A DNA stretch of 58,522 nt, taken from the NCBI RefSeq assembly GCF_001194135.2, contig NC_068991.1, forward strand, positions 11,814,496 through 11,873,017, written 5' to 3'. Both the position numbers and the translations under genes were made by a program. This DNA is from Octopus bimaculoides. Its lineage: Eukaryota. Below, in pieces: positions 40,143 to 53,230 of the stretch. Numbering within the stretch: position 1 is the stretch's first letter; every line of letters starts with the position of its first letter. A model generated the notes under the pieces. That model searched no databases and was not told the origin of the DNA. It worked only from the letters and a program-made list of their open reading frames with translations.

Positions 40143-40353
40143 TCTTTTACTCTTTTACTTGCTTCAGTCGTTTGACTGCGACCATGATGGAGCACCGCCG
40201 TTAGTCGATCAAATCGACCCCAGGACTCATTCTTTCTAAGCCTAGTACATATTCTATCGGTCTCTTTTGCCGAACCGCTATGTTACGGGTAAGTATCGAA
40301 ACCACAATCTTTCGATCATGGTGCTGACACACTAACCACTAAGCCACACGCCT
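40143..40353 (-). mobile_element. Family B-type tRNA head abutting family C 3' half
   Basis: Minus strand AGGCGTGTGGCTTAGTGGTTAG...GTTTCGATACTT then ACCCGTAACATAGCGGTTCGGCAAAAGAGACC...GTAAAAGAGTAAAAGAAT; junction near 40290. Confidence 0.75.
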
Positions 40354-42329
40354 CCACATAGAGTGGTATGTGAGTTAAATAAATGTATTAATTTAGGAAG
40401 CGTTCGGAAGAACGCCATTCAAAATATCAGAAAACTCCAAGCAAACAGCAACCCTCTTCGTTTTTCTCCAGTAAAGAAGTGTTGGCGAAGTCTGTTGCCA
40501 TGCTGCCAACATTTGTATGCAAACTAAACTGCTGTGCATACAACAAGTCGAGCAGCTTGTACGGTATTTTAAACACTTCATTTGTTGTAATATCTCCGAT
40601 CATCATGACTAAAATTACTGAAAGTGAGCAGCAAAGAACAACATTTAAAACTTAATTATAGACGTAATATCATTAGGAAAATTAAATGAGGTATAAGCAG
40701 AACTCTATTTAATAACAGAATATAAAATCGTGTCGTCGATTTAAACGATATTAACAATTCAAAGCAAAACTGTTCAGGTTTTACTACATGCACTCGGCCA
40801 AACAATATAATTAGCAAATAGAAAATGTCTGCATAAAAGAAAATTTGGCTATTTCGAGAAACATATTACCTCTATGCGTTAATTATTAAAGCGGTTATAG
40901 GGTGTAGCTATATGTCTGTGCTTATTATTTTAGCCACAGTTAAAGATTTCAAAGCGATAATAGATTTGACAGTCTCAGTTGTTTTATCAGATGATTACTT
41001 TTTAAGGTTTAAAATTAGATTTTGGAATAAAGAAATTTCTGACACATCATCTCAGTCTAAGAGCATAATCTTATAGTTTAACGTTGTTTAATATATTTAA
41101 TGTATATTAATATGTTTTTAATCAACTGAAGTTACTCACGAAATCAGAAGAGAAGAAAAGTAAGTGGAATTAATATCTATCTATCTATCTATATATATAT
41201 ATATATATNNNNNNNNNNNNNNNNNNNNNNNNNNNNNNNNNNNNNNNNNNNNNNNNNNNNNNNNNNNNNNNNNNNNNNNNNNNNNNNNNNNNNNNNNNNN
41301 NNNNNNNNNNNNNNNNNNNNNNNNNNNNNNNNNNNNNNNNNNNNNNNNNNNNNNNNNNNNNNNNNNNNNNNNNNNNNNNNNNNNNNNNNNNNNNNNNNNN
41401 NNNNNNNNNNNNNNNNNNNNNNNNNNNNNNNNNNNNNNNNNNNNNNNNNNNNNNNNNNNNNNNNNNNNNNNNNNNNNNNNNNNNNNNNNNNNNNNNNNNN
41501 NNNNNNNNNNNNNNNNNNNNNNNNNNNNNNNNNNNNNNNNNNNNNNNNNNNNNNNNNNNNNNNNNNNNNNNNNNNNNNNNNNNNNNNNNNNNNNNNNNNN
41601 NNNNNNNNNNNNNNNNNNNNNNNNNNNNNNNNNNNNNNNNNNNNNNNNNNNNNNNNNNNNNNNNNNNNNNNNNNNNNNNNNNNNNNNNNNNNNNNNNNNN
41701 NNTGTATATATATATCTTAGTGTATATATCTGTAAATTTCCCTTCTATTTTTTCCTTCCTGGTTTTACTTTCTTTTTCTTCTTCTACTTTCACTTTTCTT
41801 TCTACCTTTCTCTTCTTTCCTCTTTTACTTCTTCTTCTCCTCAACCCCCCCCCCCCAATTTTTTTTCTTTTTGGGGGCTAACTTCATCTCCTTCTTAACG
41901 AACTACCTCTTCTATAAAAACTACGAAACACCAGACCACAAGTGTTACGACCAATTAACACTACTACCTAAAACCAAACACTACCAGTTCTACTACCTCC
42001 GACACCACCACCACCACTACCACCACCACCTACTGTTCTATCAAGTCACTCGCCGCCGGTTGACACGAACAGCTGCCAGTGTTGCAGCCAGACCGTTAAC
42101 AACTTTGACAAGTTTCTTTTTGTTTTTGTTTTTGTTTTGTTATGGTCTGCTTTTTTGTTGTTGTTGTTGTTTACTCGTTAATTGCAGTCATTAATGCAGC
42201 TCCTTGCATCAATATCAGCAGTCACTGCACCTGCATCTATAATGTTGCAGCTAACACTTGCTAAACTGACAACATTAATTTACATCCAAGCATAATATTT
42301 AAACCCGACCTATCCTCTACCGCCCTCAC

Positions 42330-42331
42330 TG

Positions 42332-42378
<47 letters not shown>

Positions 42379-42455
42379 ACTACTAATACTACTATTACTG
42401 CTGCTGCTGCTACTACTACTATTACTACTACTATTACTACTATTACTACTACTAT

Positions 42456-42487
<32 letters not shown>

Positions 42488-42590
42488 TACTGCTGCTTCT
42501 ACTACTACTACTACTGCTACTACTACTACTACTACTACTACTGCTGCTGCTGCGGCTGCTGCTGCTGCCACTACTACTGCTACTACTAGT
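42330..42590. repeat. (CTA)n/(CTG)n/(TTA)n compound microsatellite
   Basis: Direct reading. Confidence 0.9.
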
Positions 42591-42713
42591 ACTGATATTT
42601 CTAGACCTGCGCCTTCTACCACTATTCCTTTTCCCTCATACCCAACCACACAACATGTAGACACCTAACTATCAAATCCTCTTCAATTTACCGTCATTAT
42701 GTACTTTTGCAAG

Positions 42714-42920
42714 AAGGCAGTGCGCTGAGCAGAAGCGTTAGCACGCCGAACAAAGTGTTTTCGTCCATCTTTGCGTTTTGATTTGAGTTCGAATCCCACC
42801 GAGGTCGGCTTTGCCTTTCATCTTTACGTAGTCGATAAAATAGGTATCACTTGATCACTGCGAAACCGACTATCTCGCTCCCTCAAAATTCCTGACTTTA
42901 CACCTATAATAGAAAGGACT
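42714..42920 (+). mobile_element. Degenerate family A SINE
   Basis: GCAGAAGCGTTAGCACGCCG...GAGTTCGAATCCCACCGAGGTCGGCTTTGCCTTTCATC...GTCGATAAAATAGGTA. Confidence 0.75.
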
Positions 42921-42934
42921 GTGTGCCACTAATG

Positions 42935-43270
42935 AAGGCGCATGACTCAGTGGTTAGAGCGTCGAGTTTACGATCGTGAGGTTGTGAGTTCGAATATCGG
43001 ACCGGGCTGCGTGTTGTGTTCTTGAGCAAGACACTTTATTTCACGTTGCTCTAGTTCACTCAGCTGTAGAAATGAGCTGCAGCATCACAGGTGCCGAACT
43101 GTATCGGCCCCTTTGCCTTTCTCTTGGATAACATAAGTGGTGAGGAGAGGGGAGGCTGATATGCATGGGTGACTGCTGGCCTTCCATAAAAAACCTTGCC
43201 CGAACTTGTGCCTCGGAGGATAACTTTCTAGGTGCAATCCCATGGTCATTCATGACTGAACGAGGTTTCC
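42935..43270 (+). mobile_element. Full-length family B SINE
   Basis: Colinear with 17904-18232; A-box TGACTCAGTGGTTAG, B-box GAGTTCGAAT, GTGTTCTTGAGCAAGACACTT. Confidence 0.85.
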
Positions 43271-43296
43271 TCCTCCTCCTCCTCCTCCATGTGCCG

Positions 43297-43438
43297 AAAG
43301 CGGACAGCTGGCAGAATCGTTACCACGCCGGACAAACCGCTTAGTAGCATTTCTCTTTAGCTCTTTACATTCTGAGTTCAAATTCTGTCGAGGTAGACTT
43401 TGCTTTTCATTATTTCGCAGTCGATTAATTAAGTACAA
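43297..43438 (+). mobile_element. Family A SINE, 3'-truncated
   Basis: AGCTGGCAGAATCGTTACCACGCCGG...TTCTGAGTTCAAATTCTGTCGAGGTAGACTTTGCTTTTCATT...TTAAGTAC. Confidence 0.8.
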
Positions 43439-43869
43439 ATTAGGCCATTATGTATCATAAGACCTGTTGGAAACAACAAAAGATTTGTCTTCGATTTCTA
43501 GTTTGTAATGGGTAATCTAAGCCTTGCCATGCTTCTAAAAGAAGACGGTATGTTCATACCTTGAATGTTTTTGATCGCTGACCTACTTCATCAAATTTGG
43601 GCTATTCGATTACATCGAACCCAATGCTGAACTGAAACTTATTTTAGTTCATTTCATGTTTCCTCAGTCAACTCAGCTGTAACTAATACCAGTCAAGTTG
43701 TTGATTCAGTCATTTCAGGTTTAGATGACACATTCTGCATGTTCTACTGTGTCAAGATTAGAAAACGGGCCTGTAAAGATATCTATGTTTTAGCGAAAGT
43801 TTGACACATGATACGAAGCCATACTCGCTGGTAAGTGATAGTTGCTTGTACGCTAAAATTTAGAAAACG

Positions 43870-44500
43870 GAAACCGACCAATGTCGGAGGTAGCGGATGA
43901 AGTTGAACTCTAAATTAAGAATGGAATATATTAAGAGAATTCCTTGTATTCATAATTCTCTGAAATTCTCATTGTCGAGCTTGCTTTTCAGTAAAAACGT
44001 AACGAAATGTTGAACTAAATTTTCGAAAACATATGAATAATACGCGTTGCAAATTTTAAAGGAACTAACACGATTATTGTTTCAAAACAATTTAATTAGA
44101 TGATTATGGTTGCTCAATAGCAAAGATGCTTGATTTGATAAACTTAGATGCAACGAATCTAGAAAATATAGATTACGACTCACCTGAAATGTTGAAAGTA
44201 TTTAAACAGCAGAAGCAATGTAGAATTTGGAACGTTGTTTGCTTTGCTTAAACAAAACGAATTTTATGCTTCAATGGAAATCTGGAATAGCTACAAGAAT
44301 AATTCAAGAGTTTCCAGAAGTTGTTTGTTGGCATTGTTTGAATTTATTGATTAGATCGTGTTTTAGATGTTTCTGAAGATGAAATCGATATAAGAAAGCA
44401 TTTCAATAAACTGGGGCAATATTTATGCAAGGATTCACCAGTTATACGGTGCAGAACTTGCAACAGTTCAACAATTTTCAGAAGTTCCTTTTGCAGTCGA
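43870..44500 (+). pseudogene. Decayed hAT transposase (ZNF862-like type)
   Basis: My translations in shifting frames: NRPMSEVADEVEL*IKNG; LDLINLDATNLENI; KSGIATRIIQEFPEVVCWHCLN, matching the hAT SGVxxRL..FP....WHCxxH motif; many stops. Confidence 0.65.
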
Positions 44501-44550
44501 AGTACCGAATATAGCATAGTGATATAATTTCATTCACTACACAAGCATAA

Positions 44551-44621
<71 letters not shown>

Positions 44622-44634
44622 TACATATTGTAGG

Positions 44635-44940
44635 CCAGCCACAGTCACTTACATCGGTTTGGTCGGAGTACAGGAGACCTTGCAAAAAAGATATATGTAA
44701 ATGCATTGGGAGCCCTTCGCATCGAAGATCGGTGATTGTCGTACGCTGACGAAGGGCAAATATCCAGAAACCCGGGTCCCTGCGTATCACGTCAGATCGA
44801 CGATGGGAAGGATCTTCCCTTTGCAAATACCGACAGGGCACAGAAAGTGTTTCAATAGCCAGCTGGAGGAGATGTTCTCCTGGGGCTACAAGCTACAGTA
44901 GCATTCACCCTTTGTGGTTAGCCGCGTTTAAATGGCAAAT
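44635..44940. mobile_element. GC-richer interspersed repeat fragment carrying a hammerhead-like core (possible Penelope-like element)
   Basis: CTGACGA...GAAAC CCGG GTC at 44746-44778; class assignment is inference. Confidence 0.35.
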
Positions 44941-45019
44941 ATACTTCACGTTGTCGTGCAGTTACTATTTACACCTCGTCCAGAGATTTATTACAACGAT
45001 TATAATATTTGACTACTAA

Positions 45020-45135
45020 GGAATAAAAATTCAAAGCCGGCATCGACGAAATTTGAACTCAGAACATAATGAACCAAAATTAGAGATAAGGAATTTTTGT
45101 CCGTGGCACTAACAATTCTGCCAAAATATCGTCTT
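45020..45135 (-). mobile_element. Degenerate family A SINE 5' half
   Basis: ATCGACGAAATTTGAACTCAGAAC...GCACTAACAATTCTGCC. Confidence 0.55.
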
Positions 45136-45628
45136 AGATTATAAGAATTATAAGGACACGTGTGATGGTTTACTTTATCTGTAAATGGCAGCTCTACAGT
45201 CTGGCGTTCATTCCACTTGCTCTATCATGGACCATCGCCAGAGAACGTTGTAATCTATTGTGACAGCTTCGTAAATTCTATCAGCAACGTAAGGAACCAA
45301 TGAATTGTGACGTTTAATGTACAATGACAAAGAAGTCCGCATGATGGCGTTAGTAAACCGACATTGCGTAGTGACAGAATATTGTGTGTATATATGTGAG
45401 TGCGTGTGTGTTTGTGGTGGGTGTCTCTATGGGGAGGTGCACGCGTAAACATGTGTGCATATGTGTATGTGCATGTATGTGCATGAAGGTTGTAAGGTAT
45501 TGCAGTTTTTCTGTTATAATGTATAGTTGAAGGTGGTAGTGGTGGTGCTGGTGGTAGTGGTGGTGGTCGTGGTAGTGGTGGTCGTGGTCGTGGTAATCGT
45601 GGTCGTCGTCGTTGTCGTTGTCATCATG

Positions 45629-45659
<31 letters not shown>

Positions 45660-46165
45660 GTTTCCGGACTTATCAAATTGACTAAATAACTGTACCTCTT
45701 GCAAAATTTGTGTTCTTATGTGTCTAGGAAACATTCTGCCTCCCACCGCGCGATTTCTATTTTCTCCTCTCACTCTGTCTCCCCCTATTCTCCCTCTCTC
45801 TTTTTTCCTCTCTCTGTCTCTATCTATCTATCCATCTATATATTAAATGAGGGTAGAAATTGATGTTAATCAAATAAAACCAGTGGCTTAGCATATTTTA
45901 AAAATTCCGATGATTAAAAATTATATTACATGCAAAATTAAGAGGAATGACCACTAAGTGGACTCATAATATGCTAAATATAGACGTCAAATCACCATTA
46001 CTACGACTTTGTGAGTGCATGTGTGTGTGTTTGTGTGCATGTGTGCGCGTGTGTATCTGTATATGTGCGTGAGTGTGTACGTGTGTGTATATTAATGATC
46101 GTCTCCATCCTCCCCTCCTTCTCATCATCTTCATCATTACCAACTTAGGCAGCACCATCACCACT

Positions 46166-46300
46166 ACCACCACCAACACAACCACCACCAACACAACCAC
46201 CACCAACACAACCACCACCAACACAACCACCACCAACACAACCACCACCAACACAACCACCACCAACACAACCACCACCAACACAACCACCACCAACACA
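46166..46300. repeat. 15-bp minisatellite (ACCACCACCAACACA) x9
   Basis: Nine perfect units; explains the TTTTN and GGGCV ORFs. Confidence 0.95.
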
Positions 46301-46552
46301 ACCACCACCACCACCACTGATAGCAGTGGTAGCAACTGCTTTACGATTAACCACCAATTTCGTTTAAGAACCCCGAGACCATTACAATAGTCAACAAAAT
46401 ACAACTGAAAACAAAGAAAAAAAAAGCAATACAAAGAATAAAATCACACAACAAAATCTCTTTCAACCAAAATACTCAATCAATACGTCTCATTAGAAAC
46501 CACCGCCACATTAGATTCTTCGTCACTTTCACCTTACAGCTGCATCATGAGT

Positions 46553-46612
46553 ACGTCACCACAACGTCACCGGCACGTCACCGTCACGTCACATCTACGT
46601 CACCAGTACGTA
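46553..46612. promoter_or_regulatory. Array of CRE-like ACGTCAC sites at 11-bp spacing
   Basis: ACGTCAC starts at 46553, 46564, 46575, 46586, 46597; ACGT at 46608; spacers CACA, CGGC, CGTC, ATCT, CAGT. Pattern is certain, regulatory role is inferred. Confidence 0.45.
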
Positions 46613-47107
46613 TGGACGGGACAGGTCAAAGACGCCATTTTTCAGGATCAAGTAAATCCCATTTTCCAATGGACTTACTCCGGACACTTTGCTTGTCTCC
46701 AACAATTAGATCAGTGAAATTGACCGATTCTTCACTATCGTTTCAGTGCCGTTTGTTGTATTCGTCTTATAATTTGTTGGTAGGATTTTGGGACTCTTTT
46801 CTACGAATCGATTTTTTTTTTTCCTTTTTTCTTTTGTTTCTGTCTCCATTTTGAGGAAACTGGGGATATCCGTTGACACTAAAATACATATATATACGTA
46901 TTTGCACACAGAGACATAAATACACGTGCGCACACGCAGCCGCATGCATACTTTTGTAACAGTTACATATGTATATAAATATATATCTAATTACCTAGAT
47001 ATTTATGTATAAATATATATGTGTGCGGATGTATGTCAATATATATATATATACGCATATATATACGTATATATATGTGTATATATAGATATATGTATAT
47101 GTGTATC

Positions 47108-47160
<53 letters not shown>

Positions 47161-48012
47161 NNNNNNNNNNNNNNNNNNNNNNNNNNNNNNNNNNNNNNNN
47201 NNNNNNNNNNNNNNNNNNNNNNNNNNNNNNNNNNNNNNNNNNNNNNNNNNNNNNNNNNNNNNNNNNNNNNNNNNNNNNNNNNNNNNNNNNNNNNNNNNNN
47301 NNNNNNNNNNNNNNNNNNNNNNNNNNNNNNNNNNNNNNNNNNNNNNNNNNNNNNNNNNNNNNNNNATATACACATTGCTTATATATATGTGTGTGTGCCC
47401 GCTCGCGAGTGGGTGTGTGCGCGTGAGTGTGTCAATAAACATTGACTTAATTTTAAGTCTTTTCGGATTGCACCAGTCTCTTCAATTTTCTTGTCTAATA
47501 CACACACACACACGCACACACACTCTCACATACACACACACGCACACACACACAAACAAATGTACAGACACTCTCACATACACACACACTCACACATATA
47601 CACACATACATGCACATACACACTCCTACATATACAGATTCAGATATACACATCACACACGTACGCACGCACGGGCACACACACGCACATACACACACAC
47701 ATACACACGTATTCGCACCTTAATGCACGCATATATTCCCACACACACACACCTACGTATTGAACACACTCTAATTGCTTAATTTTATTCAGAGATCCTC
47801 GTCTTAATGAATATCATCTTTACCAGCCCCACTCAGCCATGATATATTACTGTTATTATGTTATTATGAAGTTTTGAAAGCCTATTAGGGAGAATCTTAA
47901 AATCAATAAATAATTATAATTAATATGAATAAATGACTCAACGTTCTGAGTGCTTTATACAATTGAAGTCTATGTATTTCAGATATAAATACTTTCATAC
48001 AAACATACACAC

Positions 48013-48079
<67 letters not shown>

Positions 48080-48115
48080 GAGGTAGGTAGGTAGGTAGGT
48101 AGGTAGGTAGGTAGG

Positions 48116-48175
<60 letters not shown>

Positions 48176-48240
48176 CATGCATGCATGTATGTATGCATGT
48201 ATGTATGTATGTATGTATGTATGTATGTATGTATGTATGA
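48013..48240. repeat. (AGAT)n/(AGGT)n/(ATGT)n compound microsatellite
   Basis: Direct reading. Confidence 0.95.
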
Positions 48241-48570
48241 AAGCATGAATAGATGTATACGTTAAAGCGTGTACCAGTTTGTAAGCGTGTGTGTTAAAAA
48301 TCATTTGATGAATGCTAATAATTATAAATTCAACATTATATTTCGGAGTCTATTTGTCTATTAAGAAAACTGTTTTTACGTTGCTACGGGCATACTGCTT
48401 TCTATGATACGTGCTTAGGAGAAATATTTGTGTGATGCGGTATCTCACTGCATGAACATTTTGGTATACATATACATAAATAAACCAAAGAGTATTCAAT
48501 ACAAATTATATAGTGAATAACTCGGGGGGTTGTGTACGATAAATTTAAGCTTCATGTTGTCCAAATAATC

Positions 48571-48781
48571 GTTTCTGCTATAGGCACAAGGCCTGGAATT
48601 TGGGAGAGGGAGACTAGTCGATTACATCGACTCCAGTGTTTCATGCGTACTTAATTTATCGAACCCGAAAGGATAAAAGGCGAAGTCGACCTCGGCGGAA
48701 TTTGAACTCAGAACGTAGCGACGGGCGAAATACTGCTAAGCATTTCGTCCAACGTGCTAACGACTTTGCCAGCTCGCCGCC
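48571..48781 (-). mobile_element. Full-length family A SINE with 20-21 bp TSD
   Basis: CTTCATGTTGTCCAAATAATC at 48550-48570 and 48781-48801; head GGCGGCGAGCTGGC, B-box GAGTTCAAATTCC. Confidence 0.92.
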
Positions 48782-48868
48782 TTCATGTTGTCCAAATAAT
48801 CCCAATACTACTACTACTACTACTACTACTACTGCTACTACTACTACAAACGATAATTATCTCCAATT

Positions 48869-49071
48869 TTTGCACAGTGCCAGCAGTTTTGAGAGGAGCG
48901 TGGAAATTGATTACATCGACCACAATATTTTACTGGTATTTATTTTATCAACCCGGAAAGGATGACGGCCGAACACTCGACCCCATTTGAATTTGAACTC
49001 AGAACAGAGACGGACGAATTGCTGCTAAGAATTTTGTACGGCATAATAACGATTCCGCAAGTTCGCCGCTT
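48869..49071 (-). mobile_element. Older family A SINE
   Basis: TTGATTACATCGACC...ACTGGTATTTATTTTATCAACCCGGAAAGGATG...AATTTGAACTCAGAAC...AGTTCGCCGC. Confidence 0.8.
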
Positions 49072-49248
49072 TCCGAAATGCTAAGAACAAAACTAATTTT
49101 TTTTTCATTTTTTTCTTTTTTAGCAATTATCAGACTGTGTCTCCGAATAAAAAACATAATCGAATCATGGAAGCTAACGTTAAATGACTTTTATTTCCAG
49201 CTTAGTCTGAAACGTGGAGCAAAGTTGTTCCTGTTAAGTTTAACTCTG

Positions 49249-49330
<82 letters not shown>

Positions 49331-51266
49331 GCGAACGCGCACATAAATACACTCCCACACGGGTATAAGTGTTTATGCATTTGCTAAAAACCAGACAGTA
49401 CGAATTTTATGAACCTTGAACGAATTATGATATAAATTAACCTCGGTAAAATTTGAACTTATATCCTAGCAGAGAAGAAAGCAGATATTGTGTTATTATA
49501 CTGTCCGTTCAGATTCTTTATAATAATAAATTATAAATTAAGACATTGTATTTGATTCTGAATCTCCATCTTGTGAATATCTAATATTTTGTTTTAATGT
49601 TTGTATGATTTTGAGTTAAAGCATCAGCTAACACAATGAAAATTAATTCTCAAGATATTCATATTTCTTTAATATTTCTTTTACATATTTTTACAGTATT
49701 ATTCGTTTATCTTTCTTTTTCTTGGATCATATAACTACCCACTTTAACCTATTCCCACATTTTCTGCAAAAAAATCTCCTCTTAATCCAATTTATGAAGT
49801 TGCTAAAATTTAGTGCAAATTACATAAACAAATGCAGCGTCTATAAATCTACGCATTTTTACCCCCTGGGCCTGTTGGATTATTATATTATTCTTCTTTT
49901 CTTTTCCATCTCGTCTTCTCTAGCTAATTTTCCACTCATCTTTCACCATCTCTTATTTATAGACGCACCCTTTTTTCCTTCTTTTTTATCCACTCTCTCT
50001 CTCTCACTCTCTCTTTCCCTTTCTGTATTTGTGTCTCTATCGCTGAGACTTTCTCTCATGTACTCTTAACATTTTTTTTTCCTTTCTATTTCGTATTAAT
50101 GCATGGAAAAAACTTTTAAAAATATATAAATATTAAATCCATAAAAATGAAAATTTATGAGCAAAACACCCTTACCAATACCCATCTTAAATATCCTACA
50201 AACAAATTGTCGATTTAAGACATTCAGATACAGTATAATACTCGACAAATAAAATGTCACAGATACAAAATAATTGAAACAATCACGAGAAAAATCTAAA
50301 ATAAAAATGGGAAAACATTGAAAATGGAGAAAACAAAATCTATCGTATAAAATGAAAAATCCAAGAAAGCTATGTAAACATTATAACAAAAATATAGAAT
50401 TTAAACAAACGTAGAAGCAACGAATTTAATAAAAATATTAGAATAAAATCTAAATATGTGTTAGTAACTCTAGTCATATTTCGTAAGAAGTATCTGTTCT
50501 TTTATTTATGTAATGTGTTTCTTATTATTGTACTTTAACAAAATATGCTGATGCAGCCTCAATAAATAAAGATGTGGAGAAACAAACTTCATAACTCTTA
50601 CGTTACATACATGTAAACCATACACACAAACACATACACACTTACATCTAATATGTACTTAGGCAGACGCAGGCTTGAATGTACTCCGATACAGAAACAC
50701 ATACTTACACGTACGTAGGTGCCAACGTATATATTCATTCATGCAGATACACCTGCACATACACACACATGCACTCAGATATGCAAAAATAAATTTAATC
50801 ACCGAAAATAAAAATAAAAAAGAATGTTCAAATCAAAATCTGATACCAAATCTAGTCGTATTTCTTAAGGACTATCTCTCTTTTCTCTTTTGTTTTAATT
50901 TACCATACATTAATTAATTAACATACTTGTTTGTTTGTTTGTTTATTGTAGAGAATAATTAAATCAATAATATTTGGTTTTGAAATAAAACAGCTGATTA
51001 CAAAATGGAAGCATATCATAAAAAAAAAAACAGCAGCCATATTGGAAACGATAACAGCTTGGTGAATGTATGGGAAAATAAATAAAAACAAAATTTGCTG
51101 ATATTTCGTTTTTCATGCACTTAAATCATCGCGAAAATGAATAAATATTATTCATATTAAGAAATGTTTAAATTATTAGTAACAGAAGTAGAATTATAAT
51201 GTTTGTAATTGTCTTTGTTACTATTCATATTTTAATATTTTACTTTTTCATTTAATTTAGTAATTC

Positions 51267-51390
51267 ATTGTTGTTGTTGTTGTTGTTGTTGTTCTTCTTC
51301 TTCTTCTTCTTCTTCTTCTTCTTCTTCTTCTTCTTCTTCTTCTTCTTCTTCTTCTTCTTCTTCTTCTTCTTGTCATCATCATTATCATCA

Positions 51391-51436
<46 letters not shown>

Positions 51437-51456
51437 CATTATTATTATTATTATTA

Positions 51457-51508
<52 letters not shown>

Positions 51509-51535
51509 CCTCATCGTCATCATTATCTTTATTAT
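51267..51535. repeat. (GTT)n(CTT)n(ATT)n compound microsatellite
   Basis: Direct reading. Confidence 0.95.
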
Positions 51536-52925
51536 TATTCCTGGCATTTACAATGAAAGGTGTATTGTTGAAACGATTATTATAACTAAAACTATTGCTA
51601 CTACTACTATTAGTATTATAACTCTAACTATTGGTATCACTACAAATGTTGTTGTTGTTGTTTTGCTGCTGCTGCTACTGCTGTTGTTATTGTTGTTAGT
51701 GTTGTAGTTGGGTTGCGTTGATGTTTTTCTTGTTGTTTGGAGAACGTATTTTTGGTAGTGGTTGGTGAGAGTGGCGATGGCCGTGGTGATCGGGATAATT
51801 GTAAGAGCAAAAAGGGAGAACAATTGCGAAAAATACGGCTAAGTATTACTGAGGGAAGAAATATAGAGACAGCGAGCGTAAGAAAGAAAAGACACTACAA
51901 TATAATTGAAATCTCACTTAAAAGATACAAGAAAACTTTAAAAGAATTGCAACAACGAACGCAACATTGCAATCAACAGTGCCAACACCATAACCTCTAG
52001 TTGTGCACACCATTATAATGATCCTTATTAACACAGAAAATATATAATAATGATGACTAACTATAATGTATTTTAATTTTAACGTGACACACGTATGTAC
52101 AGGACAAGCCATGTACATAAGCGAATAAATACAACGTTGATCCATGATTAGACTAACACACTAACAGTAAGAAAACGCATACAAAATAACAAGAGTAGCA
52201 TACGTAGAAAAAAATGCCTACAAAATAACGAAAGTATTACATGTAAAATAACAAATGCCTACATAAGAGCAACTGTGCATATAAAAGAACACAATAGATG
52301 CATCCACATACGTACATACATATACAAGAACATCACAAACAAATAAAATATACATACATATACACATACGTACATACACGAGAACATCTCAAACAAACAA
52401 ATGAGATATATATGCATATACACATATACACATATGTAGTTGGAATTTACGTATACACATATGTACATACACAAGAGCATCACAAACAAACATATACACA
52501 TACCTAAAAGGACAGAACAAAATTATATCGACAAACGACGCTACACACCAAAAGAAAAACATCATCGACTAAACAACGTATAAATTATTCACAATTTCTT
52601 TCTTGCCTTCGGGTTGAATAAATAAAATAACAATTACAATAATGACAATAAATATCACAACATTAACGAAAATAACAACAACGGGATCTATAAAATCCCT
52701 CCAAAATATGTCAGAAATAAATAACTGGAGAATTAGTTTAGAATAAATAACGGAATTTGGGATAAAAGCATTAAAAAAGATGAACGAAGATTGACGAAAA
52801 ACAGAGATGAGAAAAATTGAGAGCTTCAGCAAAGGTTTCCCTTGGAGATTTTTTTTATGTTTTGTATTCTTGTTTGTTACCGATTTTATTTAATTTCTCA
52901 TGTTTATGCCTCTTTCATATGTTTT

Positions 52926-52926
52926 A

Positions 52927-52981
<55 letters not shown>

Positions 52982-53230
52982 TTCATCATCGTCCCCATAT
53001 CCCTCCTCACTTTCATTATCATCATCATCTTCATCATCGTCGTCATCATCATCATCATCATCACCATCATCATCAACTTCATCATCACCATCATCATCAT
53101 CAACTTCATCATCACCATCATCATCACCATCATCATCATCACCATCATCATCACCATCATCATCATCACCATCATTATCAACATCATCGTTTTTATTACT
53201 GTTGTTGTTGTTGTTGATGATGATGATGTC
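52926..53230. repeat. (ATT)n/(CAT)n/(CAC) compound microsatellite
   Basis: Direct reading; source of the poly-H ORF. Confidence 0.9.

Noticed and set aside
40393-40610. Minus-strand open frames after a pyrimidine-rich AG
   Set aside because: No recognisable domain and no good splice donor before the stops
46073-46390. Mucin-like TTTTN ORF and antisense GGGCV ORF
   Set aside because: Perfect 15-bp minisatellite with no flanking coding context
52900-53217. His-rich ORF reminiscent of cephalopod beak proteins
   Set aside because: CAT/CAC microsatellite preceded by poly-Tyr from (ATT)n; lacks Gly-His repeat structure
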